Of a stretch of DNA of 64,000 nt, positions 56,645-64,000 are shown piece by piece. The notes beneath the pieces were generated by a model that saw only the letters and a program-made list of their open reading frames with translations, was not told the DNA's origin and did no database searches. Made by a program: the position numbers and the translations under genes. Numbering within the stretch: the stretch's first letter is position 1; the number at the start of each line of letters is the position of its first letter. Source of the DNA: Thermodesulfobacteriota bacterium (GTDB lineage Bacteria; Desulfobacterota; Desulfarculia; JACQYL01); contig CAXXLZ010000002.1 in the NCBI GenBank assembly GCA_963675595.2, positions 1,792,001-1,856,000 of the forward strand, given 5' to 3'.

Positions 56645-57251
56645 CCGTCAATCCGACCTTACCGTTCAGAGAGCTGATCCGGATCAAATATTCCTTGCCT
56701 CGGGAATCTTCAATCAGAAGTTCCCCACCACTTGAGGTGCCGAGAGGATAGAAAACGATCCGGGCCGGTTCGCCTTCCTCCCCTCCGTATTCCCCGGTTT
56801 CCACATCCTTGATCGTTAGAGAGGGGGGCAACTCTATCAGTTTGGGCTGGAACACGGGCCGATCATCACTCTCAACCGCGTTCTCTTCATCGGACGCCCC
56901 CTCATCGTTTTCATCGGATTCTTCAGCGCCTTCGTCCTTTTCCCGCATGACACGCAAAGTCCCGTTTTCCGCGTCAATCAGCACCAGCATGTTCTCGCCT
57001 CGAAACACGGCCTCCGCTCTGGCCTGCCGCATGGCGGCCATTGCCGCTCGTAATCCGCTCCGGTGCTGCAGGAAATCGAGACTCGCTCCGAACCTGGGAA
57101 TCACCAACGCCGCGGAAATGCCGATAACGACCAGGACGACCATCAGTTCCATGAGGGTGAACCCCCAAGGAACCCTGTTACTGGCCGAGGGCTTTCCAGC
57201 TGACGATGTCGACGCTGTTGCCTTCGCCTCCGGGTTGGCCGTCCTCACCAT
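56625..57251 (-). CDS. gspH: Minor pseudopilin H (start uncertain, overlaps gspG)
   Basis: GFTLMELMVVLVVIG, ARAEA and IVFYPLGTSSGG. Confidence 0.85.
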   Translation of the reverse strand: MVRTANPEAKATASTSSAGKPSASNRVPWGFTLMELMVVLVVIGISAALVIPRFGASLDFLQHRSGLRAAMAAMRQARAEAVFRGENMLVLIDAENGTLRVMREKDEGAEESDENDEGASDEENAVESDDRPVFQPKLIELPPSLTIKDVETGEYGGEEGEPARIVFYPLGTSSGGELLIEDSRGKEYLIRISSLNGKVGLTDAQEEE

Positions 57252-57612
57252 AGGAGAGGATGTCATAGTCTCCGTGCTCACCTGGATATACGTACACGTA
57301 TTCGTTGCCCCATGGGTCTTTGGGGATTTCTTTCTGCAGATAGGGACCCGCCCAGGATGTAACGTCCGAGGGCTTTTCCATCAGGGCTCCCAGTCCCTGA
57401 TCGGACGAGGGGTACTTGCCCGTATCCAGCCGATAGGTCTCCAAAGCACTCGAAAAGATCTCAATTTGGGCCTTTGCGGCCTGTTGCCTGGCCGTATCCA
57501 CCCTGCTGAACAGCCGAGGCCCGACGAGCGCCGCAAGCAACCCGATGATGATGAGGACCACGAGAAGTTCGATCAGGGTGAAACCCTTGGATCGGTCCAT
57601 CTTTTTCATCAA
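57178..57612 (-). CDS. gspG: Major pseudopilin G
   Basis: GFTLIELLVVLIIIGLLA, YRLDTGKYP, DPWGNEY and SYGEDGQPGG. Confidence 0.96.
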   Translation of the reverse strand: MMKKMDRSKGFTLIELLVVLIIIGLLAALVGPRLFSRVDTARQQAAKAQIEIFSSALETYRLDTGKYPSSDQGLGALMEKPSDVTSWAGPYLQKEIPKDPWGNEYVYVYPGEHGDYDILSYGEDGQPGGEGNSVDIVSWKALGQ

Positions 57613-57634
57613 TGACTTCCTCCTTTGGGATTGG

Positions 57635-58861
57635 TTAAACCGCCATCTGGTTAATGCTGAAAATAGCCGACAGCATGCTCACCACAACAAATCCAATCAG
57701 CACCGCCACAAGCAGAATCATCATCGGTTCCATCAGAGAAATCGTACGCTTCACGGCGTTACGAAACTCCTGGTCGTAATTATCCGCCACCTGAAGCAGC
57801 ATATTGTCCAATGTGCCCGTCTCCTCTCCCACCTGGATCAAATGCAGGGCCAGAGGAGGAAACACTTTGCTTCGAGCCAAAGGCACGGCGATCCCTTTAC
57901 CCCCCTTCACATCCGAGCTCACCGCGCCCAGTGCAAGGGCGATCACCCGGTTCTGAAGCACGTCCCTGACGATGTTCAGGGCCTGCAGGAAAGGCACGCC
58001 GCTACTCATGAGGGTGCCCAGAGTTCTCGCGAAACGAGCCGTTTCCACCTTTCGAACCAGCCCTCCCACAACGGGGAGGCGAAGTTTGAGTTGATCCCAC
58101 TGGAATCTGCCGGTTTCGCTTGAGACGTACCGGCGCACCACAATCCCCGCAGTGATCAGGAGGAGAGCCAAGGCCCACCAATAGGAGCGAACAAAGCCGC
58201 TCACGGCCAACAGGATCGTGGTGGAAAGCGGCAGAGACTGGCCCACGGTTTCAAAGATGCTCTGAAATTTGGGAATCACGTAGGCCATGAGAATCATCAT
58301 GGAAACTCCGCCCACCCCGATCAACAAGACGGGATAGACCAATGCGGAAGTGATGCTTTCCTTCAGATCCTGAAGTCTCGCCATGTACTCCTCCAGGCGC
58401 CTGAGCATCACATCCAGCACACCTCCCATCTCTCCGGACCGGACCATGGCGACGTAGAGTTTGGGAAAAATCCGAGGGTGCGCCTCAAACGCGTCGGCAA
58501 GACTGTCACCGCCTTCAACTTTGAGTAATACTTCCCGAATAATCCGGGCAAAACCTTTCTTCTCGGCGATTTCGGCAAGAATGGCCAAGCATCGGTCCAG
58601 CGGGATGCCGGCCTTGACCAGTGTGTGAAATTCTTGAGTGAAAATGAGCAGATCTTTCGGGGTGACCCGGTCGCCCAGTCCGGGCAACTTGATCTCCATC
58701 TTCAGAGAGAGCCCGGACCCTAATCCCCTTTCGCCGACGCGAAGGGGAATCTGCCCGGAAGCCTGGATCAACCGGATCGCCTCCGCCTTGTTGGCGGCCT
58801 CCAAAGCGCCCTCGGTGATCTTCCCGTCCTTCCCGGCCGACCTGTACTTGAACGTGGGCAT
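57635..58861 (-). CDS. gspF: Type II secretion inner-membrane platform protein F
   Basis: MPTFKY, AGIPL, GEMGG, ALVYP, GEETG and EP motifs. Confidence 0.94.
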   Translation of the reverse strand: MPTFKYRSAGKDGKITEGALEAANKAEAIRLIQASGQIPLRVGERGLGSGLSLKMEIKLPGLGDRVTPKDLLIFTQEFHTLVKAGIPLDRCLAILAEIAEKKGFARIIREVLLKVEGGDSLADAFEAHPRIFPKLYVAMVRSGEMGGVLDVMLRRLEEYMARLQDLKESITSALVYPVLLIGVGGVSMMILMAYVIPKFQSIFETVGQSLPLSTTILLAVSGFVRSYWWALALLLITAGIVVRRYVSSETGRFQWDQLKLRLPVVGGLVRKVETARFARTLGTLMSSGVPFLQALNIVRDVLQNRVIALALGAVSSDVKGGKGIAVPLARSKVFPPLALHLIQVGEETGTLDNMLLQVADNYDQEFRNAVKRTISLMEPMMILLVAVLIGFVVVSMLSAIFSINQMAV

Positions 58862-58865
58862 GAGA

Positions 58866-60389
58866 TCATTCTTCCAGCGTGACCCTGAGCAATTCCGCAA
58901 ACGAGGTGTGCCCCTGCAGTACACGCTCGAAACCGTCGGCGCGCAAAGTCCTCATGCCTTGCTCAACGGCGGCTCTCTTGATGGTCAAAGAGTCTCCCCG
59001 GTCCAGGATCAGTTTTCGGATTCTATCCGTCACCTTAAGGTACTCATAAATGCCCATCCGTCCCCGATAACCCGTGTGGCCGCACTCCTCGCATCCCGCC
59101 GGTTCATACACCCACAGATCGTTCACGTCCATTTCCACGTTCAGGGAACTCAGCATCCCCGCTTCGGCCCGGACTCTTTTCTTACATAAAGGGCACAGCA
59201 CCCGAACGAGGCGCTGCGCCATCACCGCCAGGAGGCAAGACGAAAGGAGGTAATCCTCGATGCCCATTTCCAGAAGCCTGGCCACGGCGCCGGCCGAATC
59301 GTTCGTATGCAGGGTGCTGAACACCAAATGGCCGGTGAGCGCGGATTGGATGGCGATCTCGGCGGTCTCCGCGTCCCGGATTTCACCGACCAGAATCACG
59401 TCCGGGTCCTGGCGCACGATGGAGCGCAGGCCTTTGGCGAACGTAAGCCCGATGGAAGACTTCACCTGAATCTGGTTGACCCCCTGCATCTGGTACTCCA
59501 CCGGGTCTTCCACCGTGATGATCTTCTTGTCCGGTTCGTTAATCTGTTCGAGGGCTCCATAGAGGGTCGTGGTCTTGCCGCTTCCCGTGGGACCCGTTAC
59601 GAGAACCATGCCGTAGGGTTTTCGAATCAGAAGGTCGAAATCCTTCTTGATGTCTTCGGGCAGGCCGAGTTGATGCAGGTCGAGGCGTACCGAGCCTTGA
59701 TCGAGAATTCGAAGAACCACACTTTCCCCGAACAAGGTGGGTATGGTCGAAACGCGGAAATCGACGGGTTTGCCCTGCACCGTCATCTTGATGCGCCCAT
59801 CTTGAGGAAGCCGGCGTTCGGCAATATCCAGCTTGGACATGATCTTCAGTCTCGAGATCACCGCCGATTGCAGTCGGCGAGGAGGCGACTCCATTTCGTG
59901 AAGCACCCCGTCGATGCGGTACCGGATTTTGAATCGGCTTTCAAAAGGTTCCAGATGGATATCACTGGCCTGCATATCTACCGCTTTGGAAATAATCAGG
60001 TTGACCAACCGGATCACCGGAGCTTCCGACGCCATGTCACGAAGATGCTCTACGCTGTCCTGCCCCGCCTCCTCGGCTTCTTCTTCCCCCATCTGACTAA
60101 CGATTCGTTCCATGGCGGACGCGCCCTGGCCGTACAAGCGCTCCACCGCATCCGCGATATCGTCTTCCGAGCCCGGTCTCGCCACCACCCGTAACTGGGT
60201 GGCAATTCTAACCGCGTCCAAGGTATCCATGTCATCCGGACGCGCCATGGCCACGACGAGTTCATCGTCCCGCCGGTCCAGGGGAACCAGCAGATTGTAC
60301 CGCATAAACTGGGGGCTGAGCCCTTCGACCAGGACGGGAGAGGTCGGATATTCTTTTTCGGACACTTCGCCCGGGGACTTGGGGTCCAT
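58866..60389 (-). CDS. gspE: Type II secretion ATPase E
   Basis: ASDIHLEP, ERRLPQDGR, GPTGSGKTT, RQDPDVILVGEIRD, TGHLVFSTLHTN and a CxxC...CxxC zinc site. Confidence 0.96.
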   Translation of the reverse strand: MDPKSPGEVSEKEYPTSPVLVEGLSPQFMRYNLLVPLDRRDDELVVAMARPDDMDTLDAVRIATQLRVVARPGSEDDIADAVERLYGQGASAMERIVSQMGEEEAEEAGQDSVEHLRDMASEAPVIRLVNLIISKAVDMQASDIHLEPFESRFKIRYRIDGVLHEMESPPRRLQSAVISRLKIMSKLDIAERRLPQDGRIKMTVQGKPVDFRVSTIPTLFGESVVLRILDQGSVRLDLHQLGLPEDIKKDFDLLIRKPYGMVLVTGPTGSGKTTTLYGALEQINEPDKKIITVEDPVEYQMQGVNQIQVKSSIGLTFAKGLRSIVRQDPDVILVGEIRDAETAEIAIQSALTGHLVFSTLHTNDSAGAVARLLEMGIEDYLLSSCLLAVMAQRLVRVLCPLCKKRVRAEAGMLSSLNVEMDVNDLWVYEPAGCEECGHTGYRGRMGIYEYLKVTDRIRKLILDRGDSLTIKRAAVEQGMRTLRADGFERVLQGHTSFAELLRVTLEE

Positions 60390-61811
60390 TTACATGCCTT
60401 TTCCCAAAAGCATTACCGGGATGGTTTTGAGGAGAATCTTGAGGTCCAGTTTGAGGCGCCAGTTGTCGATATACTCCAGGTCCATATGCATCCAGCGCTT
60501 GAAATCCACGGAATTGCGGCCGCTTACCTGCCACGAACAGGTGATGCCGGGTTTCATGCTCAAACGACGCATTTGCCAGCGTTCGTACCGTGCCACCTCT
60601 TCCGCCAACGGCGGACGAGGTCCCACCAAACTCATGTCGCCCATAAGCACGTTGAAGAGTTGGGGCAGTTCATCCACGCTGGTCCGGCGCAGCCACTTTC
60701 CCAGTCGGGTAATCCTTGGATCGTCCTTGATCTTGAAAACAGGGCCGTCCATTTCGTTTAACGCCTGCAAATCCCGCTTGAGCGCGTCCGCATTGGCCAC
60801 CATCGAGCGAAATTTATACATGATGAACTTCCTTCCGTGGAGCCCGCAACGTATCTGCCTGATGATCACCGGGCCGGGCGACGTCATTCTGATCGCAGCG
60901 GCAACCGTCGCCATCAAAGGTGAAAGCAGGACGAGCAGCGCCAAAGACAGGACACGGTCCATCACGGCCTTGAGGAGCAGGGGAAAGCCGTCACTGGGAA
61001 TGGTTGAAAAAGAAAGAAGTGGAATTCCGGACAACTGACTGAACTCAGTCCTGGCGATCACATTAGGGAAGAAATTCAACGCAACTCTGGCCTTGACTCC
61101 CACATCCTCCAGAAAGAGAAACACGTCTTCAAGTTCGGCCAGCTTCTGCCGGGTGACCAGAAACACCACCTCGTCCACCACTTCCTCCATGACGAACCGG
61201 TCGAGGTCGTCGATGGTCCCCAGGATGTGGTAGCGCTGCCGTATCTCCGGAATCACATCGTTCTTTCCCGGCGTCATGAAACCGAGGATTCGGATACCCC
61301 ACCAACGGGTCTGTTCCACCATTTCGGCGAACTGCAGGGCTCGATGGTCGTCCCCCACAACCACCATGTTCCTGAAATTGTACCCTTTCCTCCGCACCCA
61401 CCGGCTCACCAGACGTATGAAGATTCTCATACATACCAGAAAGGCCAGGTCAACAACGAGGAAGCACAAGATGAACATTCGACTCAGAATCTCGTTGTAC
61501 TTGAGAAGAAAGATGGCGAATCCCAGAACCAGCCCGGAAGTGAACACCACTTTGGTCAGGATCCAGGCTTCCGCCTTCAACCCGGTAGTCCGGTAGGATC
61601 GATAGGTCTTGAAAAACCGTAACAATATCGCCCAGGTGGGAATAATCAAAATCAGCAGTTTCACATAATGATGAATGGGAAACAGGGCGTTGAAATAGGA
61701 TTCAGGAAATTGATTTCGTATATAATAGGTCAGAAAGAAAGCGCCGGTTGTGACCAACAAATCCAGGAAGAACAAAATGTTTTCAATGAGTTTGGCTCGT
61801 TGTCTCAGCAT
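60390..61811 (-). CDS. Polyprenyl-phosphate sugar-1-phosphate transferase (WcaJ/WbaP-like priming glycosyltransferase)
   Basis: Four N-terminal TM segments, a CoA-binding-like domain, KFRSM, DPRIT, DELPQL, MSLVGPRP and KPGITCSWQ. Confidence 0.94.
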   Translation of the reverse strand: MLRQRAKLIENILFFLDLLVTTGAFFLTYYIRNQFPESYFNALFPIHHYVKLLILIIPTWAILLRFFKTYRSYRTTGLKAEAWILTKVVFTSGLVLGFAIFLLKYNEILSRMFILCFLVVDLAFLVCMRIFIRLVSRWVRRKGYNFRNMVVVGDDHRALQFAEMVEQTRWWGIRILGFMTPGKNDVIPEIRQRYHILGTIDDLDRFVMEEVVDEVVFLVTRQKLAELEDVFLFLEDVGVKARVALNFFPNVIARTEFSQLSGIPLLSFSTIPSDGFPLLLKAVMDRVLSLALLVLLSPLMATVAAAIRMTSPGPVIIRQIRCGLHGRKFIMYKFRSMVANADALKRDLQALNEMDGPVFKIKDDPRITRLGKWLRRTSVDELPQLFNVLMGDMSLVGPRPPLAEEVARYERWQMRRLSMKPGITCSWQVSGRNSVDFKRWMHMDLEYIDNWRLKLDLKILLKTIPVMLLGKGM

Positions 61812-62620
61812 GGCGGTTTTCCCATCTCTTCACTTCGTCGGACCGTTTTGAAGCCCCCGTGCTTCAGGCAGTACTTCAGGCAACTGACCAAGTGCGACCA
61901 GTTCTCTTTTCCCAAAGGGTTCCGGGCGCTGCCTCTTCTGTGATCATGGACCATGGTCGCGTGAGGATGGTAAATCACTTTCCAACCCCTTTTCCACATA
62001 TCCGTGCATAAATCCACATCCTCGAGATAAAGGAAATAGCGGTCATCGAACAAGCCGTGCTCGGGAGCGGCATCCCTGCGGACCATGAATGCCGCCCCCA
62101 GAGCCCAATCCACCTCGCGGGTCTCCGTGTGGTCGTAGTCCGCCATCAGGTGACTTCGGAGCCGCCGCCCACCGGCGGAACGCCCGAGGGGCGTTCTGCG
62201 AAGAACGATCGTCTGCCAGTCGTAACACCGCCGACAGGAATACTGGAGCGTGCCGTCGGGGTTGAGCAGTTTTGGGAACACGACACCCGTCTCCGGATTT
62301 CGAACCAGATGCTCATGCAGCCGGGCCACGGCATCACCGGAAACCAACACATCGGGGTTCAGGTTCAGGACATACTCTCCGCCGCTTTCGCGAAACGCGC
62401 GATTCGCGGCACAGGCCAACCCCTCGTTTCTTCCGCTCAGACGTAGCTTTACCGGATGCCGCGCGGAACTGCACAAGCTTTTCAGCTCACCGTCACATTG
62501 AGAGTAATTATCCGCTACCAGGATTTCCGTGGGTTCCGGCAGCTCCGCCGTGGACAAGGCGTCGAGACAGTCGGCGAGCCGCCCCGGAGTTCGGTAGTGC
62601 ACTATGATGATGGAGATCAT
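61805..62620 (-). CDS. GT2 family glycosyltransferase (WbbL-like)
   Basis: ISIIIVHY, DNYS, LNPD, GAAFM and YLEDVDLC. Confidence 0.9.
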   Translation of the reverse strand: MISIIIVHYRTPGRLADCLDALSTAELPEPTEILVADNYSQCDGELKSLCSSARHPVKLRLSGRNEGLACAANRAFRESGGEYVLNLNPDVLVSGDAVARLHEHLVRNPETGVVFPKLLNPDGTLQYSCRRCYDWQTIVLRRTPLGRSAGGRRLRSHLMADYDHTETREVDWALGAAFMVRRDAAPEHGLFDDRYFLYLEDVDLCTDMWKRGWKVIYHPHATMVHDHRRGSARNPLGKENWSHLVSCLKYCLKHGGFKTVRRSEEMGKPPC

Positions 62621-62656
62621 GGTTTCGGTCTTGCCTCGATTAAGCGCAAGAACTGG

Positions 62657-62685
62657 ATTTTATTTAAAAGATTCGAGATTGTCAA
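62657..62685 (-). promoter_or_regulatory. Sigma70 promoter
   Basis: Minus strand reads TTGACA-N17-TAAAAT, ending 36 bp before the GT2 ATG. Confidence 0.8.
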
Positions 62686-62767
62686 TCGAAGAGGATGCAT
62701 GGATCGTTCGGGTATCAAACCCTGAAGACCCGCGGGATGAGGTCTGGGAAGTCGTTCTAGAGGAAGA

Positions 62768-64000
62768 CTATTCCGTGGATTCTCGACACAAGCCGCACCT
62801 GTTGCACGATTCGGGTCGACAGTCAGGGGACGTCTTGGCCGCCATGGCACGCCGGTGCTCCGCAATCAGATACTCCTTTCGTATTCCCGTATCGACGAAA
62901 TCCCAAGGCAGAATCTCATCAAAATCTTTTCGACGATACACGAAGAAGTCCGGATTAACAGGCGTTCGTTTGAATGTATTCCACCATTTGCCCTCATTTT
63001 CGTGCACTTGCGCAAGCATACGTCCCACTCTACGATCCCCGGAAGAGAGCAGGGACTGGGTATAAGACCACTTGGGAACCTCAGAGAACACGGAGACGCC
63101 GCCGATGGACCGGCACTGCTTCTGCAACCGGACGATCCTCTTCTTCAGCAGATCGACGGACGCCAAGGGCTCCCACTGAAAAGGCGTGTGGGCTTTGGGC
63201 ACGAAACAGCTGACGCCCGCACTCAGACGGGGGAGGCCTTTCTCTTTTCGGGCTCCCTTCTTGAGCGCGTGGAAAATCTTCTTCAACAAGATCGGGATGG
63301 CGTCCACGTCTTCTTCGGTTTCCGTGGGCAGTCCCACCATGAAATAAAACTTGATGCCCGTCATTCCGGCTTCCATCAACCTGACCGCCGCATCGACGAT
63401 GTCCCGCTCTTCCAGTTTTTTGTTGATCACGTCCCGTAGACGCTGTGAGCCGGATTCCGGTGCGATGGCCACGCTTTTCTGACCACATCGGCACAGAAGG
63501 TCCAGCAATTCACCGCCGGCCGAATCGCCGCGAAGGGCCGATGCCGTCGCCTCACAGCCGGATTCCGCCAAATGCTTCAACAAAGGAAGAAGGTCGGGCA
63601 GGTCTCCTATAGCCGGACAAATAAGCCCGAACCGCTTTCCCAACGGCTTGAGTTCGGACAACATTTCCTGAAGGGTTTCTCCCGGATAGGCACGCGGAGG
63701 GCGGAACAAGTGGCCTTCGGCACAGAATCGGCATCCCCGACCGCAGCCTTTGCCCACTTCGAGAAGCACCGTATCCGAGAACTCCGTATCCGGCGTCATC
63801 ACGAAAGTGCGTGGAATCGGTACGGTCAACGCGGTCCTTCGAGCAGGAACCACTTTCTCGGGAGCCCCGTGCCTGCTCTCTCGCCCGGCGATCAACCCGT
63901 CCGGTCCGTATATCTCCTCGTACAAGCCCGGGGCGTAAACGCCGAGCTTTCCCACGGCCTCCCGCACAAGCCCTTCCCGTTCCAGGGGAATCGACTCTAC
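62768..64000 (-). CDS. Radical SAM protein (TIGR03960-like), 5'-partial
   Basis: EVGKGCGRGCRFC, APESGSQRLR, YFMVGLPTET, FVPKAHTPFQW and C-terminal CRPESCNRCGLC. The frame stays open to the window edge. Confidence 0.88.
   Translation of the reverse strand, partial: VESIPLEREGLVREAVGKLGVYAPGLYEEIYGPDGLIAGRESRHGAPEKVVPARRTALTVPIPRTFVMTPDTEFSDTVLLEVGKGCGRGCRFCAEGHLFRPPRAYPGETLQEMLSELKPLGKRFGLICPAIGDLPDLLPLLKHLAESGCEATASALRGDSAGGELLDLLCRCGQKSVAIAPESGSQRLRDVINKKLEERDIVDAAVRLMEAGMTGIKFYFMVGLPTETEEDVDAIPILLKKIFHALKKGARKEKGLPRLSAGVSCFVPKAHTPFQWEPLASVDLLKKRIVRLQKQCRSIGGVSVFSEVPKWSYTQSLLSSGDRRVGRMLAQVHENEGKWWNTFKRTPVNPDFFVYRRKDFDEILPWDFVDTGIRKEYLIAEHRRAMAAKTSPDCRPESCNRCGLCRESTE

Noticed and set aside
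1-64000. CRISPR arrays, IS elements, prophage genes, rRNA
   Set aside because: I recognised no regularly spaced repeats, transposase, integrase or phage motifs, or rRNA-like sequence.

Overview
A GC-rich bacterial chromosomal segment. Gene content (GcdA, a rubrerythrin-like protein, a Desulfovibrio-type Zur box, deltaproteobacterial gsp order) points to an anaerobic Desulfobacterota-like organism; this is an inference. From left to right: (1) A ~22 kb minus-strand glycosylation island with a Maf-type transferase, a tandem GT2-TPR protein, an AsnB-GT4 fusion, a TPR-GT4 protein, two SDR epimerases, an LpxD-like acyltransferase, a deacetylase, a B12 radical SAM, a class V PLP enzyme, an Sdh/NadB-like flavoprotein and a sulfotransferase. 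It is headed by a MerR-family gene with a sigma54 promoter and a SoxR-like palindrome. (2) A PepSY / COG4705 / two-component cassette, then MBL-hydrolase and ABM genes. (3) A compact, partly translationally coupled five-gene operon: small unknown protein, MoxR AAA+ with a Cys-rich insert, GXGXG beta-helix protein, pseudo-metallopeptidase-vWA, atypical thioredoxin. This is the best candidate for an undescribed system. (4) A B12 radical SAM-TPR gene and a Zur-box-preceded zinc uptake trio. (5) queH and yggT-divIVA-small ORF-yggU. (6) A CMD / enoyl-CoA hydratase / GcdA / HMG-CoA-lyase-like operon. (7) A ferritin-like gene, tRNA-Ser(CGA), tadA and a type II secretion cluster co-oriented with a GT2 and a priming sugar transferase behind a near-consensus sigma70 promoter. 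I saw no CRISPR array, rRNA, transposase or integrase. All family assignments come from reading motifs by eye, not from database searches.
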